DNA of 64,000 bases from the human T2T-CHM13v2.0 reference genome, Homo sapiens, in NCBI RefSeq assembly GCF_009914755.1, contig NC_060925.1; one strand, given 5' to 3'. The position numbers were made by a program, and so were the translations under genes. Below the pieces are notes generated by a model, which was not told the DNA's origin, searched no databases, and worked only from the letters and a program-made list of their open reading frames with translations. Positions 14,999 through 27,834 of this stretch are shown here, in pieces. Positions within the stretch are counted from its first letter, which is position 1; the number at the start of each line of letters is the position of its first letter.

Positions 14999-16572
14999 TA
15001 AAGTGGTTCATAACATCAGATGAAGAAGGAGGTGAGTGATATGTTAAATGATCAGAAACTTGGCATTACATTATTTCCAGGACCATTTCCCTACCAAAGC
15101 TGTGTATTTTTCATTTCTTCATGGCACTGTGCTGTTAATTTCTGTTAACATTTGTGCTAAAATGGAGTGTAATTTTTACATATAAGTGTTAGAATTTTAG
15201 CTATCTTAGTTGAAACACAAAAAGTTGTTACTGATCCAATAAAATTATCAAAGGCCAACAGAAACTATTTGGTTTTATTCTTAAGATATTTATAAAAAAA
15301 GTAGAGAAAGCTTGTATCTTTTTTTTCCTTATGGGAGAATCAGTCTATTGATTATTTACTAAATTCCAAGTCAAAGCAAGGCTCGTAGAATGAGTCTTTA
15401 ACTAAAGGAAGGAAGAAGAAACTCGAATTTTTCTCCTCTCGAAGAAGTGAGACTAAAGAAACAGTGTTATACTTTCCCCGGAAATGTCACATAGGCTACT
15501 TTACCTTAAAAACCCTCCTTGCTTTCTTTGCTGTAGGAGAATAGCAGAAAGCACGACAGAGGTTTCAGGAGCCAACTGTGGTGGGTAGTGCTGTCTCTAA
15601 ACATTCCTAGAAAAACCTATTTCTCGTTTTCTTTGAAGAATAAAAGAGACCATGAGCAGGAAGAATTTCTTGACATTACAGAATTATGGCATCACAAAAT
15701 AGGTGCAGTGGTCATATCTCCTGGTCTGCCTGGGAGTCCTAATTTACATGTGCCTTGGTTAGCCTAAGGATAGAAGACTGTAGTTGTATTGAATAATTAC
15801 CCTTTTGGAGAAGTAGAAACTCTTTCCAGAATTTTAATGGGATTTCATACCCCCAAAAGTATTTTAGATTATGATTTGGCCTTTTCAAGTAACTTAAAAC
15901 AGCTACTTTCTGAAACATGTGAGCTGGAAAGCCCTAAGGCTACTTAAGAGATGTTGCAATTTAAAGACAAAGATACACCATAAAGGGGTTTGACTGCAGA
16001 CAGCAGTTTTCTACCACTTCTGTTCCACGATCAGAATCTGTCTAGATAGAGAATTTTATTTCTTAGCAGAAACTATGGAGGACTATATGGAATCTTAATA
16101 GTTTTCTTATGATCCTGAAGGGAATGTGTGCAGGTGAAATTGTAGTTTGATAGGAGGCCTCTTTTCCTTGATTCTCTCCATAACATTACAGCACCATAAC
16201 ATTAAAGTCAGCAATAGTTGGTTCATGACGTGAAAATGTGAGCGTTCTTGTAATGAACGCATGGCAGTGTACCTGGGAGTCAGAGTGAAATTGGGCTGAG
16301 AGTATTAGACACAAGGGCCCGGTACCGAAGGAAAGAACACTTGGCACTGCCAACTTATTCATGCTTAAAGTTTTAGTTCTTCAGATCACCTTTTAAAATT
16401 AATAAAATATGATCTCTTGCTATGTTCTAAGTAACTATATGGAAAAACATCACTCCTTTTCTGTTTATCCCATATTAGTGGCTTAAAGGAAGATAATGAC
16501 TACAGAGTAGAATTGGGGGGAAATGGTCTTGACTCCACCCAGTTTGGACTCATTACTAAAGAACATGTCATG

Positions 16573-16710
16573 AGCCAGGTGTGGTGGCATGCACCTGTAG
16601 TCACAGTTACTTGGAGGCTGAGGTGGGAAGATCCCTTGAGCCCAGCAGTTCAAGACCAACCTGGGCAACATAATGAGACCTCATCTGTAAAGCAAAATAA
16701 AACAAAAAAA
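16573..16710 (+). mobile_element. FLAM / Alu monomer
   Basis: Monomer with A-rich tail. Confidence 0.85.
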
Positions 16711-17975
16711 GAGGTCATGAAGTTCCCCCTAAGGCTTATTTGTGCATGTTGGAGTTTTAAGACAGTTATCATTTAATGATGATTAGTCCTTTTTGTAAGG
16801 CACCTATTCCAAAGAGTTCAGCCAAAGAGTTGTCACTCCTTACCTTTTCAATGTCCTGTGAGGCAGAGAGCAAAGAGTGTCATTTCAAGCCTCCTGCTGG
16901 GGAAACAAGTATTCAGAAATGAAGAAGTGCAGGTAGAATCAATCAAGATCATTCAGATAGTAACATCAAGTATAAAACTTCCTTCTGCTGATGCTATTTA
17001 GGTTCTGTGGCCTTCAACTTTCTCAGTCTTCAACTTATAAGCCCATGGACTACTTCAGTTTACTTACAATAACAATAATAATATTGTTTAAGGATGGTAT
17101 TTATTGAGTACACACTGTGTACCAAGCACTGTTCTAAGCACTTCAAAATCAGCAAACCCTTTAAAGTTCACAACAGTATGGAGTGGGTAACACTCTTAAC
17201 CCTAATTATTAAATGAAGAAACTTAGTTATGGAAAGGTTATGACTTGCCTGAAGTGACATAACTAACAATAAAAGCACAATTCAAATCAAGACAGTCTAT
17301 CTCCATAGTTCTTGTTCTTAATTATTATGCCATACTCAATTTAAAAAGTTCTACAAAAGTATGAATTTTTGCTTCAGTGATAAGAATACCTTATATTTGC
17401 ATAACGCTTACATTTTCACCCAAGGATTTTATGGTCTTATGTTTTAGAGGTTTATTTTTGTGTACTTTGTAGAATTAGATAGCTGATAGAAAATACTTTT
17501 CTAAATAAGGGACATCTTGGTATCACCTCCATTTTGTATTGTTCAGAGCCTAGAAACTTCCAAGAACCACAAGTTGAGAACTTTTATTGAAGCCTCAAAT
17601 AAAAGTTTTTTATAAAATTGCCAGTCTAACATGTAAAACTTAATCTCGAAGAAGCAAGTTAAATGAACAGATTCTTAGCTCCCAGAGAATCTAAAGGCGG
17701 CAGGCTATTTTATATTTTATCAAAAAATAAGCAGACGAGTCATCAATATAAAATCATAGGTACCTTAAATTAGAAATTCAAAATATTCCAAGTTAGTTCT
17801 GAAGACAGTGTTTCGTTGTGCAGTAAAAGTTTAGAAAAGGGTATCACACAAGAGAAGTTCTCTCATTTATTTAAAAAAATGGAAAATGGTAAAAGATGTC
17901 TAATGTCTTGTATGGACCTTGTATGAGATAACTTACTCTTTTATTCCCATATTTTCTATAAATTTTTTAGCTTTA

Positions 17976-18172
17976 CCCCTCAAACATGGGAGAAAAAGTT
18001 TCAGCATTTTAATTCAAATTGGTAAAAGGCTGAGCAACCCTTAAAGCTGCCATAATGGAAGAAGACTGTGAGCTAGCTTAAAAAAGAGAGAATGAAGGGG
18101 AAGAAACAAAACCCCTGTGTGGCAGAGTGTCGAGATGAGATGAGCATTTATTTGTCTCCGTCGAATTCCTTA
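17976..18172 (+). repeat. Local direct repeat A, copy 1 (197 bp)
   Basis: Identical to 18974-19168 except a 2-nt AG indel. Confidence 0.95.
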
Positions 18173-18973
18173 TGAAGCCAGAACCATAGCATCCTGCTCT
18201 TAAGTGAAATAAGATGGAGCATTATCCAAGAATGCAGACGTGGCACCAGAAAGGCTGCCAAAGATAAGTGGAGGGCAGAAAGTGTCAGATAAAAACCTTC
18301 AAGACCAGTGATAGTCACCCTTTCCAATTCTCGCTTCTGGAACCTGGCAGGAATGGTCCTGGGATGTGGGCCCAGCCTGACTCCACAACCCAGCAACAAT
18401 GGTAGGGGATGAGGATCCTGACCTCATAGAGCTGTGCTTTCTTCAACTACAGGATCCTTCTCTAGCCCCATGTTCAAAAGAGAAACAATGTGAACAGTCT
18501 GTTTTCTGTCACTGAGTGAGACAATTCATTTCCTTTGCTGGAAAAACATAAAAGATTGTGATCGCTACTGTTGTACAGGGAAAGATTTTCCAAAGTAAGC
18601 ATAACATGATGTGGGTGTCCTAGGTAAATTAGTATCCTGGTTTTCAGTAAGTTTTTAAAGCAGCCAAAGATTAGGGAATGTGTCCATACACCTCTACTCA
18701 GCTAGTATCCTGAGTGAGATGGTTTCTGGGGTTGGTTTGAATGAGTAAGTATTGGAAATAACTCTTGTACACTGTCTGCCACAGACCTCTAAAGATGCTA
18801 AGTGGTAGAGGTGGTAGAGGCTTCACTGAACAGGACCCTTCCTTGATCCAAAGTTAACATAAAGTTCATGGTGTAGATGAGGAAACCTAAGCTGTTATCA
18901 CAGCATACTTACTACCTCTTAGCACTTCCATGAGATCAGCCTGGGCCATTGCAAATATATAGATGTGAACTGC

Positions 18974-19168
18974 CCCCTCAAACATGGGAGAAAAAGTTTC
19001 AGCATTTTAATTCAAATTGGTAAAAGGCTGAGCAACCCTTAAAGCTGCCATAATGGAAGAAGACTGTGAGCTAGCTTAAAAAAGAGAGAATGAAGGGGAA
19101 GAAACAAAACCCCTGTGTGGCAGTGTCGAGATGAGATGAGCATTTATTTGTCTCCGTCGAATTCCTTA
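18974..19168 (+). repeat. Local direct repeat A, copy 2 (195 bp)
   Basis: Identical to 17976-18172 except a 2-nt AG indel. Confidence 0.95.
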
Positions 19169-19679
19169 CGGAGATAAGGTAAGCCCCTTATCTGTATTGG
19201 GTAGTGAATGCTCATGATTCAAGCAGAGCCTTTCATGCCTGGATGTCTGAACTCAACAGAAGGTTCTTTGGTCTTGGAGGAAGAAGCAAAGATAAAGATC
19301 AGATTTGTCACCAGAAGGAAAAGTGAGTGGCTTCTGTCTAAGAGTCCAGAGTCTTGACTTACTGGCGCAGCTCTAGTGAGGGCTAGTTGTGTAACCTTGG
19401 ACTCACCACGTAATCTCTTAGAGGTCCAGGTTAATCAGTGGTCAGAAGTGGAGTTGTAACTGGTTGGTTGCCGAGGCTAGGATCAGAACAAGATTTCAAG
19501 ATTCTTAAGTTGGGGAGGTTCTATAAGACACAGTGAGTGTCACAGTAAATTTTCTTTGACAAATTAACCATAATAAATTTCTACACTTCCTGAAAAATAC
19601 AGTATATAAAACATAGCTCTTGGTCTTAAAATGTATGAACAGTCTTAATTTTAATCAATATAAGGAGGAAGACACACCC

Positions 19680-19900
19680 TAGATTTGTGCTGTCCAATAG
19701 GGTAGCCACTAGCCACATGCAGTCATTTAAATATAAGTAAATTTAAATAAAATTTAAGATTCAATGCTTTGAAATGTGAGCCATACTACCCACATTTCAA
19801 AGCTCAATAGCCATATATGACTGTGTCCACTGTACTGGGCAACACTGGCACAGAACATTGCTGTCATTGCAGAAAGTCCTCTTGGTCAGTGCTGCCTTAG
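19680..19900. mobile_element. MER3-like hAT-Charlie MITE
   Basis: GTGCTGTCCAATAG..GTAGCCACTAGCCACATG..CATTGCAGAAAGT..TGG.CAGTGCTG. Confidence 0.75.
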
Positions 19901-20671
19901 ACCTTTGCCCATACCACAAACTGCAGCTACTTGTACCTTAGAGCAAGGTGTAGATGTTTGGGCCCTAGAGTGGCTGTGTCCATCTCTGGAGAATGAAAGG
20001 ATGGGTTAAATCCCACGGGGATAAAGCAGTGCAAGAAACCCTTCAGGCAAAGGGTGTCTGCATAGAATAAGAGTTTGAGAGAGGTGAGGAGGAAGGGAGG
20101 TTAGAGGAAGAAATTAGGGAACAACTGAATCCTTTGGTGTCTTGAATCTTGACTAGACCTGAACCTTACTAGGACACAGGACCCCCAGAGGGAAGTTCCT
20201 CAGAGAGATTGTCACCCTATGCACAACTGATCCCAACAATAGATACCTCTGAGAGATTCAGGGCAGCTCTAATCTCCAGGCACTCAGTGGTGGGGAAAGG
20301 GTTAAGCATGTTGGACTCATATTATGGAAGAGAAAGTTTTTATGTAGCCAGGCAGTGGGGAATAATTCAGGCTTTCTTGACATTCGAGTGGGGTAACCAG
20401 TGCATCCGACAGTCGGCTCCTTAGAAATGGGTCTGTGCAGGCAAAGTCAGCTTATGTTGTGAGGCTCAGGCTGGAGTATGAGTAAGAAAGTGTCTGTGAT
20501 ACAAAAAGTTCTATTTTTCTTTCCAGCCCTGCTGGCTAGGGAGAATTTCTGCCCCATGTATATGGAGAAAGGAAGAAATCAGAGTCAGCGGGCAAAAAGA
20601 GTATAATTTAACCTGCTGTCTGGAAGCCATCTGTGAAGGGAATCACTTTTCTTTTCTGGACTTGTTTCCAG

Positions 20672-20760
20672 GTGCAGCTGCAGGGGATGACACCGAAGAT
20701 ACAAGCACTGAGTTCACTGACAGTATTGAGGAGGAGGCTGCACACCATAGTCACCAGCAA
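20672..20760 (+). CDS. PDE4DIP: PDE4DIP exon (AAAGDDTEDTSTEF...HSHQQ)
   Basis: TTTCCAG acceptor, CAA|GTAAGT donor, 89 nt phase 1-0. Confidence 0.93.
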
Positions 20761-21041
20761 GTAAGTCAGTGTCAGGGTCTGGGACTTCCAGGGTGGACAG
20801 CACACAGCCCTTCTGAGGTCTGATAGTCTCCTGCAGCCCTTGCGGACTTAGTGAGAAGATATCTTTTTACATAAACTACTTCTCAGTCATCTTCCTGTTC
20901 TCCTTGAACTTCCCAGCTGCCTTTCCAACCCATATCTTCACTCCATTTTTCTCTCCAATCCACCCTTTGGTTTGTATTGTATCTCTTTCTTCTGCTTCCT
21001 TCCCCCTCCTACCCACCTTTGCCCCTATTTATTCTCTGTAG

Positions 21042-22668
21042 CTATAGCTTCAGAAGCATTTTTACTTGCAAGACGATGGACACATTCCCCTTGGGCTTTT
21101 TGTAACTGAAACGCACCACAGAAGACAGGGAGTCATCGAAGGGCTGCTCGGGGAGGTGGCAGGGCGGAGGACCTGCTTGGGAAGAAACTCCAAGAAGATT
21201 GGAATGCTTCCAAAGCAAGAATCTTTCTCAGTGAAATCTCATTATACAAAGAGAACCTTATGCAACCTGACAAACCACTGAGGTCATGGTGACTCAGTGA
21301 TCAGCAGATGGTACTTCAACAGCAATCCCCTGTCAAACCTCAGAACTTGAGGCTGAAACATTGCTTCCACCCACCATCAGTGAAGATGTAACTAGCATGT
21401 TACAAGAGTGAATAATCTGGACTTCAGAGATTAAGTCACCAATAGTGATCTCACAAGCACTCACCGGAACTCCTATAATGTCTCCACTTTGTCCATGCCA
21501 TTTAGCAATCTCATCTCCTAAATGGACTGTGCCTATGATTCTTAAGGAGAAAGTGAATCATTGGTAGATATCCTGCACAAGCAGCTGGACTTTCCAGTAA
21601 TAGCTTTCTTGGGGCTATTAGGAAAATTAAACAAGAAATGAGGCTTTCTGGGTCTGCCTGTATGTCTTCTGCATAAGACAAAGAAGAGACATCGAATCAA
21701 CCAATAAGAAGAGCCCAAATAAGCATCCTCAAATCTTTTGGGATTTGGCACTTGGGGACATGAGTAGTTGTCTGGGATACGTCATATTCTCAACAGTTTC
21801 TTTGTAGTAGTAGGATCACCTTCTTATAATAGGATCACCTTCTTGTTGCTATAGCTGTACCCGACCTTCCCTTCTCCCTTGAGTGCTTGCATGAGCTCCA
21901 CTTTTCCTTTTGCTTGAACAGCTTCTCCTGAGTCCTCCTTACCGATGGTTGTGACTTTAATTATATACATCTCTGTCCCTCCAGACAGATCCCTCTGTCC
22001 TCACTCTCTGATTTCATTGAGGATCTTGGGTGAGAGAGAGGGACCTGCAGGATGAACAAATGTCTACTCTAAGACAGCTAGATTGGGAGGTTGGCTGGTC
22101 ACTGATGGTTATAATGACTGTGGGACAGGATTAACTTCAGAATAAATGAACAGGAGACACAGATATGAAGAAAGTTTCTGATTGATATGGTCTGAAGTAC
22201 TCCTGGTATTGCAAGTCATTTGCTCTAATTCTCAATTGTAGGCAAACTGATTTGTAAATTTGCTTCTTCAGCCTTCTTTCCTGTAGCCTAGCATGGAGAA
22301 TCTGACCAGACCCCATTTTGAGAAGGTCAGCCTACACTGGAATGAACTTTTTACATTAGGGCATTTGTATTTCCCTCACAATACTTGCCACATTACTTGG
22401 CATAGGAGAGATGCTTAGTGTAATTATAAGTTAACAAGCCTTTGGATCAGGGCTTGACTCATGATAGACAAAGTATATGCCTGCTGGATGGAAGAATCTC
22501 TTGGGCGAGCACCATTTTTCTTTCCATCACCTTTCCTTGAAAATATATCTTCAGCTTTGGGTAGGAGGAATCTTGGTGTATGAAATCATTGCAAATTTAC
22601 TTCATCTTTTCTGGAGTTTGAAGTTGTGACTCTCCTGCTACCAATTAAATAAAGCTTACTTTGCCATA
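21042..22668 (+). other. PDE4DIP: Alternative terminal exon: CTA TAG (L*) plus ~1.6 kb 3'UTR, giving isoforms ending ...HSHQQL*
   Basis: Long pyrimidine tract 20980-21038, TAG acceptor ending 21041, immediate L-stop, AATAAA at 22648; 3' end approximate. Confidence 0.8.
22648..22653 (+). terminator. Polyadenylation signal of the L* terminal exon
   Basis: AATAAA followed ~20 nt later by GT-rich TGTTTTGTGT. Confidence 0.7.
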
Positions 22669-23115
22669 ACTGTTTTGTGTCCAGATTCTCAAAATTTGTT
22701 TGCTTGTTTCCAGGAAAATGGTCCCTTAAAGGTAGATTTTGAGCTTCTCCTTGTTATGTCCTTGGAAGGTAAATTTTTGCCTGACACCAAGTTCCCTTCC
22801 TACTCCAAGCATTCATATGCTTTTCCTAACAGACACATCCCACCTTGTCTTTCTTCCAAGGTGAGAATCACCTTTTGGCCAATACAAGTTGCTTGCTCCT
22901 TATGTTTTGGACTCAGCCACCTCAGGAAGCCTCAAGTCTGGCCATGATAGTAATTTTCCCTAGATTATCTCCCACAAAATTCTATTCTCAAGCAGATGTA
23001 AGATCTATAATAAATACCTATGAAATTGCTGTGAAAGAAACTAGAGTAATCAACCATTGCATTTTTTATGTGAAGTTTTGTAATGGAGAAAAAGTTAATC
23101 AAGAATAAAGATTCA

Positions 23116-23242
23116 GGCCCAGGTAGTGTGCATCTATAGTTGCAGCTACTCAGGAGGCTGAGGCAAGAGAATCTCTTGAGCCCAGGAGTTCAGGGCCAGC
23201 CTGGGCAACATAATGAGACCCCTACCTCTTAAAGAAAAAAAA
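23116..23242 (+). mobile_element. FLAM / Alu monomer
   Basis: Monomer with A tail, flanking AAGATTCA repeat. Confidence 0.8.
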
Positions 23243-23311
23243 TCAAGATTCAAATATGAAGAACAGACGTTAGTAGACAAAGTGTGATAAACTTGAAAAA
23301 AGCTATTTTAA

Positions 23312-24193
23312 AAAAATAGTTATTTTTGATTGACAAATCGTAATTGTATACATTTATGGGGTATATGATTATATATATATATATACACACAAACAATATG
23401 GAATGATTAAACCAAGCTAATTACATATTCATAAACTTACCTACCTACCATTTTTGATGGTGAAACATTGAAAATTTACTCTTATTTTGAAATATACATT
23501 TTATTGGCTATAGTCACCCTGCTATGCAATATATCTTAAGACCTATTCTTTTTGTCAATACTTTTGATCAACAATTCCCCCTACTCTCCCTCCCCACTCC
23601 ACCAGCCTCTAGTAACCACCATTCTACTCTTTGCTTCTATGAGTTCAACTTCATTAGATTCCACATATAGGTGAGCCTATGTGGTATGTGTGCCTGGCTT
23701 ATTTCACTAAGCATAATGACCTTCAGATTCATTCATGTTGTCACAAATGACAGGAGCTCTCCCCCAACATTTTAAGGTTAAATAGTATTCCATTGTGTAT
23801 TATCTGCCACATTTTCTTTACCCATTTATCTACTGATGGACCTAGGTTGGCTCTACATCTTAACATAAATTATGAATAATGCTGTAATGAACATGAGAGT
23901 GCAGATATACCTTTAACATATTCATTTCAGTTCCCTTGGATATATACCCAGAAATGGGATTACTGGATCATAGGGTAGATTCTATTTTTAGGTTTTTGAG
24001 GAAACTCCATACTGTTTTCCACACCAGCTGTACTAATTTACATACCTATTCACAATGTCTGTGTTCCGTTTCCTCTGCATTATCTCTAACATATCATTCA
24101 CCTTTTTGATAAATGCCACTCCAACAGGTGTGAGATGATATTCATTATGGTTGTAATTTGCATTTCCCTAATGATTAGTGATGCTGAGCATTT
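23312..24193 (-). mobile_element. L1MA-type 3' end (~0.9 kb)
   Basis: L1 3'UTR/ORF2-end motifs (TTGCATTTCCCTAATGATTAGTGATGCTGAGCATTT); degenerate TSD TTGA.AAAAGCTA. Confidence 0.85.
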
Positions 24194-24580
24194 GAGAAAA
24201 GCTAATTTTTAATGCCTTAATGTTGAGAACTGACTTAACATTGGGACAGATACGAAGCAATAGGGTAAAAGCAAAACAATGTCATTCAAACAGGATATCA
24301 GATTTGCACAGAGGCCTTTGTGGGGCAGATGGGAACCCAGCACACAAAAAGTTGAATTATATGAAGCAATATCACAAGTGAGTTAGGAAATGTGGAAAAA
24401 AAAACCAATAAGACAGATATAATTAAAAATAGACCTAATGGATTCACACTATCACTACAAATACTGGAAGCCCTGGGGTTTCATTTGGGGGAAAGAAATA
24501 CTTGCTTTCATACATGATCAAAACTAATGAAAAGGCTAGATCCTGAGTTACTTTTCAGGCATTTACATTTAAAACTTAAA

Positions 24581-24723
24581 GTTACATATGTATACATGTG
24601 CCATGCTGTGCTGCACATTATGCACATGTACCCTAAAACTTAAAGTATAATAATAATAAAATAAAAAAATAAAAAATAAAAAAAGAAATAAAAAATAAAA
24701 GTTGTATATATGTAAAAAAAAAA
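24581..24723 (+). mobile_element. Very short L1PA 3' end with 5' inversion
   Basis: Inverted CAGCATGGCACATGTATACATATGTAAC plus sense TGCACATGTACCCTAAAACTTAAAGTATAAT plus A tail, TSD. Confidence 0.88.
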
Positions 24724-26931
24724 AAACCTTAAAGTTAGCCAAAGAAAGTCCACTTTGAGATGGAAATATGAAAACCCAAATTAGCCTGGGGAAAAATGAG
24801 ATCCCTAGGCAATGTTTGATTTTCTCACTTTAAAGTGGGAAATTAGATCAGATGTACCTTAAGGTTTTTCTGGTGTTAACATTCATGGTCCATAATTTTT
24901 TCTTTTTAAAGAAAATAGGTGTATTGAAACCAATAGAACAAGATAACATATATCCAGAAGGCACTTTAATAATGGGTAAACTTCATTAAAGTTAGACATT
25001 ATTTTTAAGCAGAAGGAACCCTTAAGGCCTAGAAAAGAATAATGCTGTGCCCACACTCAAGACTAATGGCAAAGTGTGTTTTAGTTAAGTTACTCGGAAA
25101 GAGTTTATATAGAATGACAACATCACATAGTTTAAATAAGGGATGGGATTGTAAGCTTTCAGAAGTGGTTTTATTTGGTCCCCCTTCCTTTATTTTGTCA
25201 CAAATGCTGGGGGCACATATGGAGATGGCCACCAGCCTGATTAAGCCTGCCAGCAGAGTCTTAGAGACAGACATTCCCAGGAGCCTCCCAAATCTCAGGC
25301 TCACAAAGTCCAAGTAAGATTGGGTGCCTGGGACTTGAGTGGCTTTGTCTAAGGATCTTTCTTCTTTGACCTGGGTGCGCATGTCTTCACAACCTCAACT
25401 GCTATGCTACTGAACACCATTGCACATGCATACTGTGAATCGACCCTACCACAAACCTGTGACCTACATTTGAACATACTTTGTTACGGGGAATAGCAAA
25501 AGTCAGTGGCTTCGCACCAACCCCAGCAGCTCTGTCAGTCGTTGATCCATATAAGCTGTTCTGGGCCCTGCTCTCTTCAATGTATTGGTGACCTGAATGG
25601 AGATATAAAGCATATAATTAATTCTACAAGTTATCCCCAATCACTTGTAGTGGGGGCCACTACATGATTTGTGGAAATGCACATCAAATATTTGGATGAC
25701 TTGGATAATTGGGGAATGATTCAGTATAGCCAGAATGAATTTATAAGTGACAATTACAAGTCACAATATTTGTAGAGATAAAAGAAAACAACATGACTCA
25801 GCAACAGCTGTGGGGGAGGGGTGGAAAATTCAGAGGCCAAAATTGACCCAAAGTTAAGTAAAAGCTCCAAATGCTGCCACTGAGAAGAAAAAGAAGCCAA
25901 TGTGACATTGGGACATATTAAGATTAATATTGGACAGACAGGCAGGAACTCCTTGTACTAAAGTAATTAGTCATATGCTAAGTAGATTATCATACTCAGA
26001 TTTTGATTTCTACACTTTTAAGAGCGTGGGAAAAGACCAAAGATAAGCCCAAAATGAACAATAACAAAGTCTAAAAGTTAACAAATTCCCATTTGAGCAA
26101 AGGCCATAAGATCTGCTTTAATTAAAACATTGATGAATAACTTCAAGAGTGTCCTCAAGAAATAGAAAGGTGCTGGGCAGTTGTTCCTGCCTCTGTTTCT
26201 TCCACATGCTGAGATTTGTAGAGAGAGTTTGTCTGGCAGCATCAGCACAAAGATAATAACCAAAAAGTGAGGTTGGCTGCTTGGCAGGATGGCTTCACCT
26301 CCATCTCCCAGTAGCTGCGGAGTGTGATCCTTCTGCTGCCAATGAAATAGTTGGTGTTGTCTTCCCTGTCGCTCCACCTTATTCTAATTCTGTAACTGTG
26401 TCTGCCGACTGTTTCCCCAGTGCCCTGAGTCCTCCCTCTCAGCTGTCCTTGAGGGAGTTGGAGTTACAGGCAGGGCCTTAGGCTTTGCGCCCTGATATCT
26501 TAAGCCATCATCTCCCGCCATCCAGGACTCAAGTGTTGCAGAGCTGATGAAGCTTCCTGAATTGTGAGAAAACTCGCAGGGCTCTGTCTCCTCAGGAAGA
26601 GAAAGAATCACCGTATTCACACCCTCCAGTCCTGTTTCAACCTCGTTTGTTTGCATTTGTTTTAATTTCTTATGTGCTTTTCTCCCTCACCATCTCTGGA
26701 TTCTCCTCTTCTCCATGGGGAAATTCCTCCTGCTCATTTTGTGTGTCCTTCCCACCCAAACCAGTCCCCAGGGCCCTTATGCCTGACTAAGGAGGTTCTG
26801 GTTAGGGAGTTTATTTTAGATCTGCTTTTTTTGTTTGTTTTTGTTCTCATTTAAAACTGCCTTTGCAATCTCATGTTTCTCTTGGGTCCTCTTTAATGGC
26901 CTAACTTCTTCAAACCATGATTTTCTTTTAG

Positions 26932-27164
26932 CTTGTCAAGGTGGCTTTGGAGAAAAGTCTGGCAACTGTGGAGACCCAGAACCCATCTTTTTCCCCTCCT
27001 TCTCCGATGGGAGGGGACAGTAACAGGTGTCTTCAGGAAGAAATGCTCCACCTGAGGGCTGAGTTCCACCAGCACTTAGAAGAGAAGAGGAAAGCTGAGG
27101 AGGAACTGAAGGAGCTAAAGGCTCAAATTGAGGAAGCAGGATTCTCCTCAGTGTCCCACATCAG
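26932..27164 (+). CDS. PDE4DIP: PDE4DIP exon (LVKVALEKSL...SVSHI)
   Basis: TTTTAG acceptor, CAG|GTAGGA donor, 233 nt phase 0-2. Confidence 0.93.
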
Positions 27165-27522
27165 GTAGGACATTCTTCCCAGGGAAGGGGAGCTTGCAGG
27201 TCATGAGGCACCACAGCCAAGGGGTGCCTATCCCAGGCTCCATGCATTAATATTTCTACAAATTCTTTAGATAAAAGTAAGTAATATTGGCTAATGGTAA
27301 TCACTTTCTGTTATTCAAATAATCCTGGTCTTAATTCAGTATAACAGTGCCCACTATTATTGTGCATCTGCCAGTCATACATATGACAGTCATGGTGGAA
27401 ACCTCCTTGTTACATGACCAGTATTGCTGTTTTTAATTGACCAAAACGTATAAGGAATCCCTGCTACCTAATATGTCTCACTGCTGTATACAGAACCAGA
27501 ACAGTTCACGAAGGAGGAGGAA

Positions 27523-27834
27523 TTTTTTTTTTTTTTTTTCGTTGAGATAGAATCTCGCTCTGTCGCCCAGGCTGGAGTGCAGTGGCAAGATCTTGGCTCA
27601 CTGACTGCAAGCTCCACCTCTCGGGTTCATGCCATTCTCCTGCCTCAGCCTGCCGAGTAGCTGGGACTATGGGAGCCCGCCACCACGCCCGTCTAATTTT
27701 TTCTTTTTGTATTTTTAGTAGAGACGGGGTTTCACCATGTTAGCCAGGATGGTCTCAATCTCCTGAACTCGTGATCCCCCCGCCTCAGCCTCCCAAAGTG
27801 CTGGGATTACAGGAGTGAGCCACCGCACCCGGCT
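27523..27834 (-). mobile_element. AluY-like
   Basis: GCAAGCTCC..CCATTCTCC..TTAGCCAGGATGG diagnostic positions. Confidence 0.95.

Noticed and set aside
24423-24432. MEF2-like TTAAAAATAG (reverse copy near 40812)
   Set aside because: Expected by chance in AT-rich introns; no supporting cluster visible.
26200-26900. Possible internal promoter before the long-isoform exons
   Set aside because: Only a few CpGs, no CpG island or definable first exon; needs CAGE data.
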